A stretch of DNA of 60,897 nt, filler included, from Syncephalis fuscata S228 (Eukaryota > Fungi > Zoopagomycota): the NCBI GenBank assembly GCA_025786725.1. It is 3 parts of 3 records of this genome, joined end to end, with 100 filler letters (N's around TTAATTAATTAA, not from the genome) between each part and the next. Parts side by side here need not be neighbours in the genome. Positions count along the whole stretch, not along the records: positions 18,932 to 38,833 come from JAHLTZ010000171.1; positions 38,934 to 60,897 come from JAHLTZ010000148.1; 1 more part is not named here. One strand, given 5' to 3'. The position numbers were made by a program, and so were the translations under genes. Numbering within the stretch: the first letter of the stretch is position 1; each line of letters starts with the position of its first letter. Below, piece after piece: positions 24,215 to 38,992 of the stretch. Below the pieces are notes generated by a model. It saw nothing but the letters and a program-made list of their open reading frames with translations. It was not told the origin of the DNA and did not search any database.

Positions 24215-27200
24215 CTATTCAACGTTAGTACCACGCATTTTCCTGGCTTGTGGTAATCGACCACGACTTTCTCGTTCTTTAGCCATTTTACGCTTCGCCA
24301 ATACTTTCTTCTTTTCATTATTACGTATCTTTTTCAAAGCATGTGCTTCTGGATCGACCATAGCCTAAATTGATAATTTAATAACTAAATCTATTGCTAC
24401 TATCCTTTTAATCTATTTACCTGTAGGGCACGTTTTGATTTGCGTTCATTACGTTTCTCTTCTGCTCGTTGACGAACCGTTGAATAAGCAGCAAAATAGG
24501 CTGTATCGCCTATATGTTTCTGTAAAAGTGTTAGTAATTCACTCGCCAATTCACGTAATGAACCTAATAGTAAAATAATTAGCTATTAATTTGTATAATA
24601 TAAATATGACCCACCAAATTCTTCAGACTTGTTTGTTTCATCGGTCATCGTACGATAGACGGGTAGAATAATAGGCATTAAATAAGGCGACATTTCCGAG
24701 GCTGGAATGAAATTCGTCATAATAGCAAACCATCGATAAATAAATGTACGCTATAAAGAATTATTAGTATTTATCTATAATATTTAATAATCTATATTAC
24801 CTGTAGCAGACTTTGGGTTCTACCCGCATCTAAACGAGCAGCTAATGATAGACGTTTAAATAGACCAAGTAGCTGTTGACCTGTCTTTACATCAGTATTG
24901 GCCTCTGTCTCCTCCTCCGCTTCTTCTTCCTCTTCCTCTTCCTCTTCATTATCCTGAACCGTTGATTTAGATGGTGCATTTAATTTATCTTGGGCGTATA
25001 GACAACGAGCAATAAAGAATAGATTCTTTACTACTTGTGTACCCATATCATCGGTTAGTACAGGGCTTTTCAATTGACGACCCATCGTTAATGATAATGG
25101 CTTCAATTGACTTGTTTCGATCCAAGTAGGTGCGTTGGGTAGATTGGTCACTTTTAGTGTAGTAGTGTCTAATTTGCTGAAATACAACCCAAGTAGACGG
25201 GCACTTGATAACCGAATCCATGTATGTGGATATAGTTGCAGTGCGCTAATCTTACGCCATAGCTCAATCGTGGTGGCAGCATAGGTTGTATCGGGGAATT
25301 GCTTCACTATCTTTGTAAATGTAGATAGTGAAAAGTAGATTAACTCCCAACCTGCTACTTGTGCTTCACTGCTTGTAACATCCTCTTCATTGGCATCTAT
25401 TTGAGCTAAATCCGGTTTAGTTAGGGCTTCTTCAATATACGGTAACCATTTCCCAATATGTTGATTGGTGCGCTGTCCCAATGATTCAACCATTAGGCCA
25501 AATGTTTGTATAGCTGCTCGTTGCATAGCAAGCGAATCCTTCCTCTCGTACCATTGGACCAACATCTTATGAATATTATTCAGCGATGTTTCATTAACGC
25601 GTTTCAATAATACACGAATCAATGAGCCGGCCATTTCGCGACATTGACTTGATTCATCGTTAACAAGCGCTAATACCAAGGCAAGCATAAACATTTCCCA
25701 ATAAGGAGCAAGGAGTGATGCATCGAACTTGGTAATGACTGCGTGTAATAGTTCCATGACTGATTCACGACCACTTTCATGTACATAGGCCAAATTGGAG
25801 GCGAGAAAGTTTAGCTGCGTCTTCATACGCTTATCACCTTGTGGATATTCAAGCAAGAATTGCAGATAGATTTGTCGACATTGTATACGAACTTGGTCGG
25901 TTTGACTTGTCACCAGTAGTTCACGTATCGCATCCATTAAATCGTAGACTTCGGGCGATACGAATTTACGAGCTACCATAGCCCGAATAAGATTAAATGT
26001 CGTCGTTTGCTTCTCCGTCTCTTCAATATCCGGCTTAATCAAATTAACGAGAAATGTTAACTGTACTTCAGACACGGTTACTTGAGGACATTGACGAATA
26101 ACCACCGTCAATAAACGGAAACATGATTGTGATAAATCCAATCCGGTATCGGTAGACTTGCTTAATACTTCAAAGGCCCGTTTAACAATGGCTGCACGGC
26201 CATTATTAAGACCGTTTAATGGTAATGGACATAGAATAGCCAATACTTTAAATGATTGCGCCATGACTGAGGCATGTTGCGAATAAGATGCATTGCCCAC
26301 TGCATCTACTAGCTTATTAAGCCAGCCCAAGTGTTCCTTGTTATTATGATTGCTAATATCAAATCGATTACGTTTAAAGGCCGTTAACAGCACAGTTAGA
26401 CCCAGTTCTACAAATCGATGAACATTGGCGGCGTAATAGTCTCGTTTCTCTGCATTATCCCGTACAAGTTGTACTTCATAATTTAGATCACGCATTGATT
26501 TCTGCTCCCGTATTTGCTGTTTTGGTAGAGCAATTTTAGCATCAAGGGCAATTAAGCCATGACAAAATTGTACAAGGGCATAGGCTTTAAAGTCTGGATT
26601 ATGACTAATACCCGTTGCTAATCGAACAAGTATTTGGTCGACCTTCTTCATAACCTTCATACTTGCCGTCTCACTCATAATATCCTTAATGGGCAGTACA
26701 AGTTGATCAATGGTGTCATAAGGAGCAATACGGGCCAGTATCTCGTATGAATCATAACTACGCATACTACGCATTTCCTTGGTCTTTCCGGTTAATTCTT
26801 CTGTTTCTTTCTCTTCACCAATCGCGCCAAATATATCCTCGACAATAACGCCCATTAATAGATCGAGACATTGTGTTAAATCATTTGGCTTCAATGTTGG
26901 TTGTAGATTGGCCAATAGCGAGTGGAGTGTATAGCCAAGTACATGTCTTTGTGATCCACGCGTCAATGCATTACGTAGCTCAACTACCATGAATCGTAGA
27001 TAACTAGGACCTAAGAATAACGCCAACTTATTAAGTGTATCACGTGTACAATCACGGGCATCTTGTGTTTTATACCGTAATGATTGACATAGAATAACCA
27101 CTAATCCAGGTAATTGAATACGTAATGATGTTTCGGGTAATTGACGTAATATCTTGGCTAATGATAAGGCCATGGGTACACGCATCCTTACACTTTCTTC

Positions 27201-30200
27201 ATCTTTAGGACGTATAAATGTCATTAATTCAGGCAATAGACGTGTAGTCAATAGCGTGTGAATACGCGTGGCCATTTCAACTGGTACAAATGAACCTGAA
27301 GAGGCATCCATAAATACATCTTCTGCGTCATTTTCTTCCTCCTCTTCATCCACCATATCATTATCTACTTCTTTATCTTTAGATTCTGGTTCTGGTTCTG
27401 GTGCTGGCTCCACTTTATACTTTTTCATCGTGGCTACATTAATATCGACTTCTGCTTTGCTTAAATCAAAGTGGAAATGTTCAAGTGTGGACATCAGTGC
27501 ACGGACCATAATACGTTCGATATCCGGTTTTGTCTTAACTGCTCGTAAGAATTTACGTATTTGTCCATAGTAGGCACTCCATGGAATGGATCCAGCTGCT
27601 TCACCCACTGTAATAATCGTGGCATTAATCAGATTGTGATCAGCAATACGATCCGTGTCAAATAAAAAGTGATCTAATAATGGCAAAATAAGCTGAGTGA
27701 GGATCATGGCGGATAATCGACCCTGTTGACACATTTGGCCCAATCGTTGAATCGCACGAATACGTCGATGTAATTGAATATGATAGACATTATGAAGGAA
27801 ACTCGCTTCTTCGTCACCATCGGCTAATAAACAAGTCATACTAGCAAATAGTGGTAACGATGCTAATTGCTGTGTCATATGAGCAAGTACTAACACGGCT
27901 TCTTGTCGAACTACTTCAGCCCGGGTCTTTAAGGCGCGTCTTACACCCGAATAGACAATACGAACGAGTAGTGTTTGCCATGCCGATGATACAGTCGCAT
28001 CATCTAAATGCAATTTAACCTGATCTATAAATCGACGTAATCCATAGGCAGCACTGCCTCGAATGGCCAATTCTTCTGTATCATGCATAGCAAATAAATA
28101 ACAATAGAGCAGTGGTGTCCATTGCTGTGTCGACAGTTCAGCGTATAGATGATCATTTACTCGACTGAATGCCGCTAAACGACGCTCAAAATCCGGTTCA
28201 CCCAATCGTCTACCGGTAAAAGCGTTTAATTCACCGACAAGTTCGGCCATTGTGGTAAGTGATGGATCGATTTGCGCAAACTTCATCATCACTTCCGCGA
28301 GTAGTAGACGGCAATCACGCGTGGATAGTCGCGCCAATAATGTAGCAAATTCATTGTAATAACGATTAAATAGAGCGGGCTGTGTACGTAATGCGTCAAT
28401 TAATGGTAAGAAGCCAACAACAATACGAAGAATATCTGCTTTAACATATTCTGGTACATGTCGATTTGGTTTACGCAAGAATGGTACGAGTAACTCGACC
28501 AACTGTTGTACTTGATGTTCACCATCAACTAGACTTGCCACTCGTGACAAAATACTAATCTCGCGTCTAATTAATGCGGTATCTGATGTTTTATCCGCCG
28601 TTTGTCGAACAAGCATAGTATTGAACTCTACTAATAGCTGTGGTATATAAGGCTTTAGAATACGCCGAGTAAGTGATGAAGCAATATAACTAGCCATTCC
28701 TTGTGGTTCATCTACATCTTTATCAATCAACATAGCATCCAATTCGGGCAAGTCAAGTAACTGTTCAATCAATGTTAATACTGCCGATATCACTGACAAT
28801 TGAACCTTCTTAGCCGATAAACAACTTAGACACTTTGCAATAACTTGATTGTTATAGTCGATCAAATAACTAGCATATTCCGATGTAGATGACCAGGCTA
28901 CAAACATTTCCAATACCGCCGATGGTGACTGGGTACTTTCCACGTCAAGTTGTTCAACACGTTCTGATAAAAAGGCTGAAAACATAGCCGGCATGTATTG
29001 TTGATAACTTGGCAGTATAACATTAAGACGGAAGAAATCAACAAATCGTCGTAGACTTTGTTGGCGTATCTGTTTCATTTGTTCTCGTTCAAATCTATCC
29101 TCTTCGCTATCTTCATTGGAGAGTGATATCATACGTATATGAGCATGTCTAGCTAGATACATTACTATGGAGAATAGCATGGGTAGATGCGGAGTAAGAC
29201 GGGCACCCAGTTGTTTTAGCACATCTTCTAAAGCAATTAATAAGCCTATTTGACGACGTAAAGGTATGGCATAAAGTGCTTCAGCTGCTGTTTCATCAAA
29301 TTCAAATCTATCATTTGATGTAGTATCTAACATAACTGCCGTTCTAATTTCCGTAAATGGTTCCAACATTAGATCAATAAACATTAGTAATTCCTCTGGT
29401 TGAAACGATCCTAATGCTGCTAGAATAGCCGTTCTACGTGCACCCATACTTGTCTTGGCCGATCCTCGTCCTTTCCTGCCCACCATACGTCCATAGAGAA
29501 TACGTATAACATAGGGCATCAATGGTGATCGATGTTCGCCATGAATAGCTCCTTCTTCGCCAGGTGCCAATGAAAAGGCCGCCAATTCATCACGGAACTT
29601 GTAATCATCAAGCAAGTTGCGTAAATGATCGGCGTAATCAAGTACATTCTTGGGTCGCCACATTAATAAGCAGTCAAGGGCCAGTCCTTGTATCTTCTGT
29701 TCCCCTTTACTTAATAGCTGCCAGTAAATGGCGGATAACTCAGTTGATTTATACAATGAACCAGGATTACGTATTTTACCAAATAACTTTAAGAAATGAG
29801 TCATTCGATCGTGTGTTACTCGGGCCGATCTCTCGAGTAATAGTCCTTTGTGATGATTTGTCTCTTCTGCGTCATCTTGTTCAAGTGATGGTCGATAATC
29901 TTCTCTATAAAGACGTAAAAACATGGGCACAAATCCTCGTGAATGTTTCTCGGCCAGTGTAGGCAATTCCGTAAGTGATAACAGTAATTGACGGTAATAA
30001 TTCCAATAATCAACTCGTTCACCCGATAATTCACAATTGGTAACAAAAGCTCTGTAGTAAGCAGTATGTAAATCTTTTGTATATCGACTCTGTGCTAATT
30101 GATGAGCCACAGTTAATCGGGTTAGATTAGGACATGATAATGATAGACCGCCTTGACCAGCTGCCGTCTCTTTGACTGGATGTAATTGTCGTACTTCATT

Positions 30201-33200
30201 ACTAGTCAAGTTATTGCAAATAGCCAATAGTTCAGGCTTTAAATTGTTTTCTGCTAGTTGTGTTTCATCTTCAAATCGAGATAACTGTTCAATAATAATA
30301 CGCCACACTATTTCACCATCATGAATGGCAACTCTTTTCAAAGCAGCTATTGATTCAGGCCACAACACACTAAGATTAACCGTAAACATGCCTATATATA
30401 TTTATATATTTATATATGTATATATGTATATATCATTGTTATACTACTACTACTATATTACCAACCACTTACCTATACATAATCTACTTAAGGCTTCATC
30501 GTATATGGGTGGTAGTCGACCCATCTCGGCTATACTGGCCCATTTACGTAAATAAACAAATTTGCCTCGATAATCCCGAACTGTATTGGGCACTTGTTCC
30601 ATAAGGGCACAGTCATTGAGTAGTTGACATGGTTCGTTAGATTGACTACTCTGTTCTGTAGCCAGTAATGGAAATTGATCATAAAGTGCTAATATTTCAA
30701 CTGCATATTGACGGGATGCTTGTATAGTCGATGAAAGGGTGAGTTTTAATCGATCAAACTGTGCCACCAGCATATCAGATGATAACAATTGAGGATATCT
30801 ATAATATACATTACTATATTAATATACATATATATATATATTAATGTTATACTATCATTACCTTAACTTCATTAATCCTAGAAACTGCCCAGTGGCCTTT
30901 AATACAAGTGGATTATTTCTACATTGAGGTAGACATTGATGAATCGTATCATTTAATGTATATAGATCTTTAAAGGCTGTTTCTGTGTTATCACGTTGAC
31001 ATGCTTCAATAACTAGTACGAGTGATTGACCTAACAAGTTCTGTAATAGAGCAGTAGGATTACGTTGTACAAAAGTACCGGTATACGTATCATCAATGGA
31101 CAACTGTAATGTCTCAATAAGTTGCTGTATAAATACTTTTAATGATGACCATAATTGACGCCATGGAATAGCTATATGGCCCACTAGTTGAAGTAATAAT
31201 GATAGTTGTGTAATAATAGAATGTGAAGATGTCATCTAATAATATGATTAATAAATATGTATATGGTTATAGTTATAGTTATGGTTATAGTATTACTTAC
31301 TTCAATATGGACATCATTCATCATAGTCATTTCACTACTCCAATTGCGTGGTTCTACTAGAAATGATAATAGTGATTCAATCATCATTTGACGTTGACCT
31401 TGGCTATCTTTGTTTGGTAATCGTAATTGACCTTGAGGTGTAACAACCGCAGATATGGTGCCTTTGGTTAAATTGAAGTAATTATACTGTAGAGCCATTG
31501 ACCAGAATAATAAACAACGATCTTGATCTTGTTTCATATATTGGGCCGTATAACTATTATATATTAATATTAATATATAACTATTAATATAACTATTAAT
31601 ACTTACTTGATCATGGATGTTAATAGTAATTGATGACAATGTGGCCATTCTAATCGACCAAGTGTTTCACAGAATACTAGAATATTTGATGGATGCTATT
31701 ATTTGATTAGTATTATACTATTATATATATATTATATATACTATATTGTATTACTTACTGCATATTGAAATATACGGTCAATGATTGTCTTGCCATTGGA
31801 TAGAATAACTGACCATGGTGTATACATCAATACAGGAACAAGTAATGAAAGGAATGTTGAATGAGATAGAGATGTTTCGTTTCCTTCTGTAGTAGATAGT
31901 AATTGTTCAGAGATACGTTTTAATTGAATCAATAAAGGTGTAAAATCTATTAAATAGGTTAATATATATTATATAATATACTATACTGTAATTTATACTT
32001 ACCAAGTACACGGCTTCCTTTTCTTACACCAACATATACTCTTAATAGATCCATACATCTTAATAGACTTGTAATATTTAATGGTAAAGTTGTACTGGTC
32101 TTCTCCAAAGTACTTAGTAGTAATTGCCATAAAGGATCAATATGTTCTCTTGGTGTATTATGTTCAATCAATAATATGGTTCTACTTAGCATTTGTTGTA
32201 ATGGCGATACTATTAAATAGATAAGTATTAAATAGATGAGTATTAAATAAATAAGTATTAAATAGATGAGTATTAGTTAAACTTACCAAGTTGTTGATCT
32301 ATTAATTCTTGTTCTAATAAAGCATCCATTAATACACCAAGTATCATTGCAGTACGGGAATGTAACCGATTATCAACATTCTATTATATAATATTAGTAT
32401 TCGTTAACTACTATATTATAACATAGATATATTTATATGTAGATTACCTTAACACATTCATAAAACATGACTGCGATGCCATTAATTAATTCAGGATCGT
32501 TGTTTGATTGTAGACTTGATAGAATGACTTCAACTACTGATCGATAAACATCACCGCGTGCTTTACGTAATAGAAATGAAAATGATTCAGCTGCAAAGTT
32601 ACGAATATAGGCTCTATTATCATGAGCCTGTAATAATGGTTCAATTAGACTAGCGTTTAATCAATTATTAGTAATGTATTCTATATTTATTGTCTTACTT
32701 ACTGATAAGTAGGAATAAGATCAGCCACTAATGATTTGGATAGATGTTTATACAAATAAGCAATAGCATTAAATGACCACTATATTATAGTTATATATAG
32801 TATATTAATTAGATAAATAAATTATATATTATATATTATATATTATATATTATATTTGTCACTTACTTCAACTACTTCTACATCACGATATTTTAATAGT
32901 TTAACGATACATGCCAATACTCGAGGGAAATATGGATAAAACTCTTCTTGGAGATCTTTTGATAATACAGTCAAAAGACTATATAATACAGTAATTAGAC
33001 ATTAAACAATATATATACGATATATATATATATATGATATATATGATATACAACCAATTACCTAAGAAATGGTTCCAATGCTAATCCATCATCAGCATCA
33101 ATGAACTGCTCTAGTTAAATCTACTATTTTCTCTTTGTGATATAGTAATTGAGCCAGACTAATAGTATATGGTTCAACTTGCTTCGTAAATTGTCGAAAT

Positions 33201-33511
33201 GCAGTCGTTAAATTCAAATCCTTCCATTCTTCTAGCGATTCACGAAAGAATGAATCGCTTTCCTATATAATATATTATATTAGTATTAGTATTACTTATT
33301 ATGTTATTAATACATACTTCTGGTGTATCTTGTACTTGATGTACGCGATGTACAACATTAAGTTTAACACTATCGATTCTTGTTTTAAATGTTTGAAACT
33401 ATAGCAAAGTAATTGGAAATGAGCAACATACTAGCTATAATATATTGTAAGTACCTTGAATCGTCTAGAGCCTTCGCCCTTATTGAGCTCCTTTGCCACG
33501 TTTCCTCTCAT
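24215..33511 (-). CDS. UTP20: U3 snoRNP/SSU processome component Utp20 (HEAT-repeat), multi-exon
   Basis: N-terminal RFK|FQTFKTRIDSV and EWKDLNLTTAF; internal HIQLHRRIRA, LTRGSQRHVLGYTLH and ESGRESVMELL; basic C-terminus; 1865-aa exon ORF. Confidence 0.95.
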
Positions 33512-33746
33512 GATCAGCTAACAAGATATATATATGTATATATATGTTTAAATGGGTGTATGTCTGATATAGAGAGGAGAGGAGTGAAGAGTGGAAACAA
33601 CACAGTAAAAAAAAGAAGAAAAAACTTGTAAAAATAGATACATTTTATTGGTCGGTGATTTTTGTTACTTAGTGTATTGTTAATAATAATAAAGAAATAT
33701 ATTTAATATTTTAATATTTTATTTAACATTTATTGTAACTTATGTC

Positions 33747-35525
33747 ATGTGGCGTATAAATAGTCTCCATCACCGATTACTTGTCAGTTCTACGCGCTGC
33801 TCGTTTAGTACGAGTGCAGTGGCATTGAGGCGAGTTGATCGACTACGTACACCCAACTTTTCTTCGTTAAATAAGCACCGAGCACCTAGTCATTTAACTG
33901 GCTATCAATTACGAAAGAAAGCCCGTGAAGAGCAAAAGTATAGTAAGACGCCGGTTAGTGAAAAGACACGCGGGTTTATTCCCGTACGATTTAAGCTACA
34001 ACCAGTGGTGTCAGATGTTGTTAAGCCAAAAAATAATAGTAAATCGATAACAAAAAACGTAAACAACTTAAAGAAAGCAGACACAAAAACACTAGCTACT
34101 ATTGAACATGGTAAATCAGTAGAACAGGGGAAAGCATTTGAAGCATTGACGACACTTCATCCAGAACTACACAATGGATTAACGATGTTATTACGTGATG
34201 CGGGTACACTTGCTGATGATGCTACACCTCGACCGACACCTATTCAATCACTTGCACTGCCCATACTATTGAAACAAACAGATAATGAACCACGCGATAT
34301 GTTACTTGCAGCCGAGACGGGTACCGGCAAAACACTGGCCTATTTACTGCCATTGATTAATAGTTTAAAAATGGAAGAATTGGCGGCTAATAGCGATAAG
34401 CAGCGCTCTGTACGTCGTATAGGATGTCCACGTGCTATATACTCGCCCCTAGTCGACATTTAGTGGATCAAACATTGGCAGTGGCCAAGAAGCTATCTCA
34501 TTACTGCAAGTTTCGTGCCATAGCGGTTACGCGTGGTGCGCCTTCCGTTCGACAGGCTTTTGACCAACCGATTGATGTTGTTATCGGTACACCAAAGGCT
34601 GTAGCCGATATGCTACGACAGCAAGTATTTACGCTAAAGAAGTGTCAATGGCTAGTATTTGATGAAGCAGATACGCTGTTCGATAAAGACTTTTATAAAG
34701 AGTGCCGCTATTTAGTTGAAACACTACGCAATGGTGATAATGCTGATGTTGACCAGGTCGATGCATTTGCCACTGATAAACCAGCAGTACCGGCGGTACC
34801 AGCAGAAGTGGCTACACCATCAACTGGCACTATACTTTTAGTGGCGGCTACCGTACCTAAAGCGGTTCATGGATCGATTGCCTGAATTAATGCCTAATCT
34901 TGTACGAGTAGCGACGCCAGAACTTCATCGGGCACGACGTCGTCTACATCAAAACTTTGTCGATATAAAACAGTTTGGCAGTAGTCGCAATGCCGCTTTA
35001 GTATCGACGTTAAATCAGTTTGGCGAAGTAACAATGATATTCTGCAATCGACGTGAAACATGTGACACAGTTCATGCTATGCTTAAAGAACGAGGTATTG
35101 CATCGGCTCTATTCCACGGTGGTGATATTAACGCGGCTCATATGACCGAATGATTGGTGGCCAACGAACACTCGAGCAATACGTAAGGCAAAAGAGGCTA
35201 AACAAGCAGAACTAGCCGCAAACAATACAAAGTCCGGACCGGCACCAGTAACAACTTCAACAACCGCATCACTGCCAGATGTAATTATTTGCACAGATTT
35301 AGCCGCCCGTGGACTGATACAACACGAGTACGCCATGTTATTCTATATGATTTCCCAACAACAGTGGTTGATTATTTGCATCGTATTGGACGTACAGGAC
35401 GTGCTAATCAGAAGGGACATGTTACCGCACTTATAGGCAAGAAAGATCGTCAACTAGCGATAGAGTGCGTCGATGTGTTCGCGATCATGCTATTCTTTCA
35501 TAATAGACGTATTGTCTTTTATTAG
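33747..35525 (+). CDS. MRH4: DEAD-box RNA helicase, mitochondrial Mrh4/DDX28-like (several frameshifts)
   Basis: PTPIQ, AAETGTGKTLAY, FDEADTL, IFCN and YLHRIGRTGRA across four ORFs; Arg/Ser-rich presequence-like N-terminus. Confidence 0.75.
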
Positions 35526-35550
35526 AACCATTATAATAAATACAATAGAA

Positions 35551-36891
35551 TCAGCTCGTAAATCCAAAAATACTAATGGCCCCCTCATTATGTTTTTCAT
35601 CTTTGGGATAATCACCCGAATAAGCAAGTAAATACTTTGATGGATGCCAGGAACACGTATTAATAGTGGCCACTACGGGTATTTTATAAACTGAATCACC
35701 CGTCATAACACACGACTATTGTTGTAAATACGTAATATTAGATAACTAGCTTATAAATGACTTACAATATTAATGAATTTATCCTCTGATGCTGACGCAA
35801 GAAATTGACCATCAAATGTAAAACTAATGGTTCTTACAGGCCATCTAAAATGTATTACACAATCAATAGCCGTAATCTAACATAATTAGCCAATTAGCTT
35901 ACTCCAATTCACAAAATGTATTAACACATAATGACTCTGTCAAATCCCATAGACTAACAATAGCATCAGCGCTACCTGTTGCCATATATCTAAAATAATA
36001 TTAATACTCGATTACACAGACTTTATCTACTAATACTCACCGTCCACTTGAATCAAAGTCAAGACAGTAGCAATTAGATGTATGAGCGGAAAGTGTCGTT
36101 ACTTCATCAAGGCTGGGATAGGACAAGATCTTTACTTGACCGAGATTGGTGGTAAGAAAGAATTGATCACCAGCACGATTCCATCCAATTTCATTAATCT
36201 TTATTAATCCAATTGGGTAAATAGTTAATAGACTGATGTAGTAAACAAATGAGAGACTTACTTCATAATCTTGTTTAGTTGTTTTATGTATAATTTCATA
36301 TGTATTTGTATCAATAAATGTAACAACATCATTCTAATCGATTATCGCTAAATAAATACTTGAAATTGTGCTATATTGTTATTTACCTTATTGCCAACGG
36401 CAATCTGTTTGCCATCAGGACTCCAGCAAATATTAATATTTTCACCATCAGTAGGAATAATACGTGAACAGCGCGTTGCTATATCCTTTTTAATATCGTA
36501 TCATACTATTGCACTACTACTACTGCTACTACTTACTACGGGCATCCCAGATACGCACTGTTTTATCGCCAGATGCTGTAGCTAAACGGTCTGGGTCGGT
36601 AGGACTCCAGCATAGTTGGTCAACCGTATCTGTATGACCTTTAAGTACAAATGAGTTATGTGGATCCGTCTAGATCGCTGGCCCGTAAGTCTAGTGCTTT
36701 TATCTATTACTAGCACTGCTTACTGAACGTTCAGGATACCAAATACGCGCCGTTCGATCATGAGCACACGAAGCAAGTCGTCGACCGTCTTGACTCCATC
36801 GCACCGACTGTACCCGACTTGTATGGCCTCGCACACATTCCCGCGTATGTAATCGGTCAAAGATTCGCTGTTTCTGCTCAAGTGAACGCAT
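35551..36891 (-). CDS. THOC3: THO complex subunit 3 / Tex1, WD40 protein, multi-exon
   Basis: GHTSRVQSVRWSQDGRRLAS, GHTDTVDQLCWSPTDP, GENINICWSPDG, AHTSNCYCLDFD, ATGSADAIVSLWD and WPVRTISFTFDGQFLASASED. Confidence 0.9.
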
Positions 36892-37107
36892 CTTAACTGA
36901 ATCCTCGTATAAAAGTGGAGTAATACGACGAAAAGTAACGTGAATTAGAATCAAAGTGTTGTAAATACTAAATAAACAATCAAATACTGTGTGTGTAACA
37001 CTATTTTAATACAAATTGTGATCATTTAATTAATTCAAAATTTTTAAAGCACATTTTTATTTACAAGGTGCTATCAATGAAAAGAAAGACTACTATAGTC
37101 TATTCCG

Positions 37108-37984
37108 TTAATTCTCCGGTGGGGCTACCACGTTGGCAGACATTTCATGGCTATTGGTTGGATGAATAGTAGCACTGGTATCAACATTGCTGCTTTGTCC
37201 AAGTCCCAACCGCTGCTTGGCCCAATCGACATAAGGAGCAGCCAAATCATGTAACATGGCCGTGTTTAAAATACTACTTGGAAATCCTTCACTTCTTCCA
37301 GATCCGTTTTCGCCTCCATCGGCTGTTGATGTAACAGGATGATTGTTACCTAGAACACTGCCCAAAGCGACCCAGCCTTGAAAAGCAGCTGGACGTATCA
37401 GATTATTGACAAGCCAGCCAGCAATGGGGAATCGTGCCACCGTATCGGCAATGGCCACATTATCGACTTGTCGATCAATGCGAACACAGCCACGTAGTGT
37501 GTTACGTAATTCCAATGTGCTTACTTTACAAAGTGGCACTTTAACAAATGGAATCATTTTTGGTATGATTGTATGGCGTGTTGTCACTATAGCACGTAAA
37601 TCACTATATAATAATTAAGTTATTAATTAATTAATTAATTAATTAGTGCCACTAATAACACATAATAGTAAATTAATACTTACTCAATTAGAATATCTTG
37701 CACTTGACATTCATCGTGAAATAGGGAAGTCCATGTATCTTGGGCCTTTACAATATTATCGATACCGGTACACACCATCATTGGATGCTCATATATGGCA
37801 TCTTCGGTATAAGCACGATAGATGGCATCTGACTGGACATGCGGATCAGCACTACTCATGTCCAAAAAGACGTCTAATATAATACAATACGGATGTAAAT
37901 AGGTAAATATAAAGCTATAAGGTAATTTGTCAGTAAACTATCCTACTTACTCATCAATATATCTCTTAAATCGGTACGCTTCAT
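37108..37984 (-). CDS. Hypothetical protein with SnoaL/NTF2-like fold, 3 exons
   Basis: Splices in frame as MKRTDLRDILMNVFLDMSS..AIYRAYTEDAIYEHPMMVCTGIDNI..IDRQVD. The Y-x-E-D-A-x-x-E-H-P pattern is typical of NTF2-like proteins. Confidence 0.6.
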
Positions 37985-38330
37985 AATGATAAATGATAAC
38001 CAATAAAAGTTGCTAAATTGAATAGAAAAGAAGAGAAAGTATAAACGACTACCCCACCTGGCCTACAAGTAACCAGGCTTTATAATACTTGTGGCCATCT
38101 TTAATGTGAATCATTTACATAAATCAAATGTGACTGACACATATATGGTTCAGTTTATTAATAGGGACATCATCACTGACCCCAAACTGGATCCATAAAA
38201 ATATACTTTGAAGAACAGCGGTGTTATTCAACGAACAAAATAACTACCACCTTGCTCATTTAAGCCATAGCCGTTCCTTGTTTGTTTGTATATCCTTTGT
38301 AAAAGTACAACAAACGTTGATCGGACTATA

Positions 38331-38833
38331 ATGTACAACGGTATTGGTCTGACCACCGCCCGTGGTTCTGGTACCAATGGCTATGTTGTACGCAATCTAT
38401 CTGCGATCCAACATCGGCGCGAGCCGGTAAAGCAGTTCCATGAACTGGAAGAAGAACATCAAGATCGATTCCGCGAAAGAAAGCCAAATGAAGAGATTCT
38501 ACTCCACGAAAGAAAGCGCCAGGTCGAACTACAATGTATGACATTACAGCTCGATTTAGAGAAAAGAATAAGTAAGTTATTGAACCGTATACAATAGCAC
38601 TAATAACACCATCTAGTTTAACTGAGGAACAAATAGAAGAGAAGGTTAATAAATTACGTCAACAGCTACTGTCCGAGTTGGAAGAAGTACAACTAAAGAA
38701 TGCAAACTATTAAAAGACCATCAAGTCCATCAATTGCAGAAAGCAAAAGAACAAGAGAATATACGAGTAAAGGAGCATTGGGCATATCATCGGAATATGT
38801 CGAAGGCAAGCATTTGATCGTGAGTTACAAGAA
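38331..38833 (+). CDS. CWC21: Pre-mRNA splicing factor Cwc21/SRRM2 N-terminus (truncated by gap, frameshifts)
   Basis: MYNGIGLTTARGSGTNGYVVRNLS and EILLHERKRQVELQC. Confidence 0.93.
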
Positions 38834-38933
38834 NNNNNNNNNNNNNNNNNNNNNNNNNNNNNNNNNNNNNNNNNNNNTTAATTAATTAANNNNNNNNNNN
38901 NNNNNNNNNNNNNNNNNNNNNNNNNNNNNNNNN
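38834..38933. other. Artificial contig linker
   Basis: N-run with TTAATTAATTAA. Confidence 0.97.
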
Positions 38934-38992
38934 CACTTTACAATAAACGGTATAACATTTTGAAAAAAATTCTGAACATATTTATTTAAATC

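Noticed and set aside
38290-38298. ATATCCTTT as a U12-type 5' splice site upstream of CWC21
   Set aside because: It is only ~40 nt before the ATG with no TCCTTAAC branch site. The similar motif at 36481 is antisense to THOC3.
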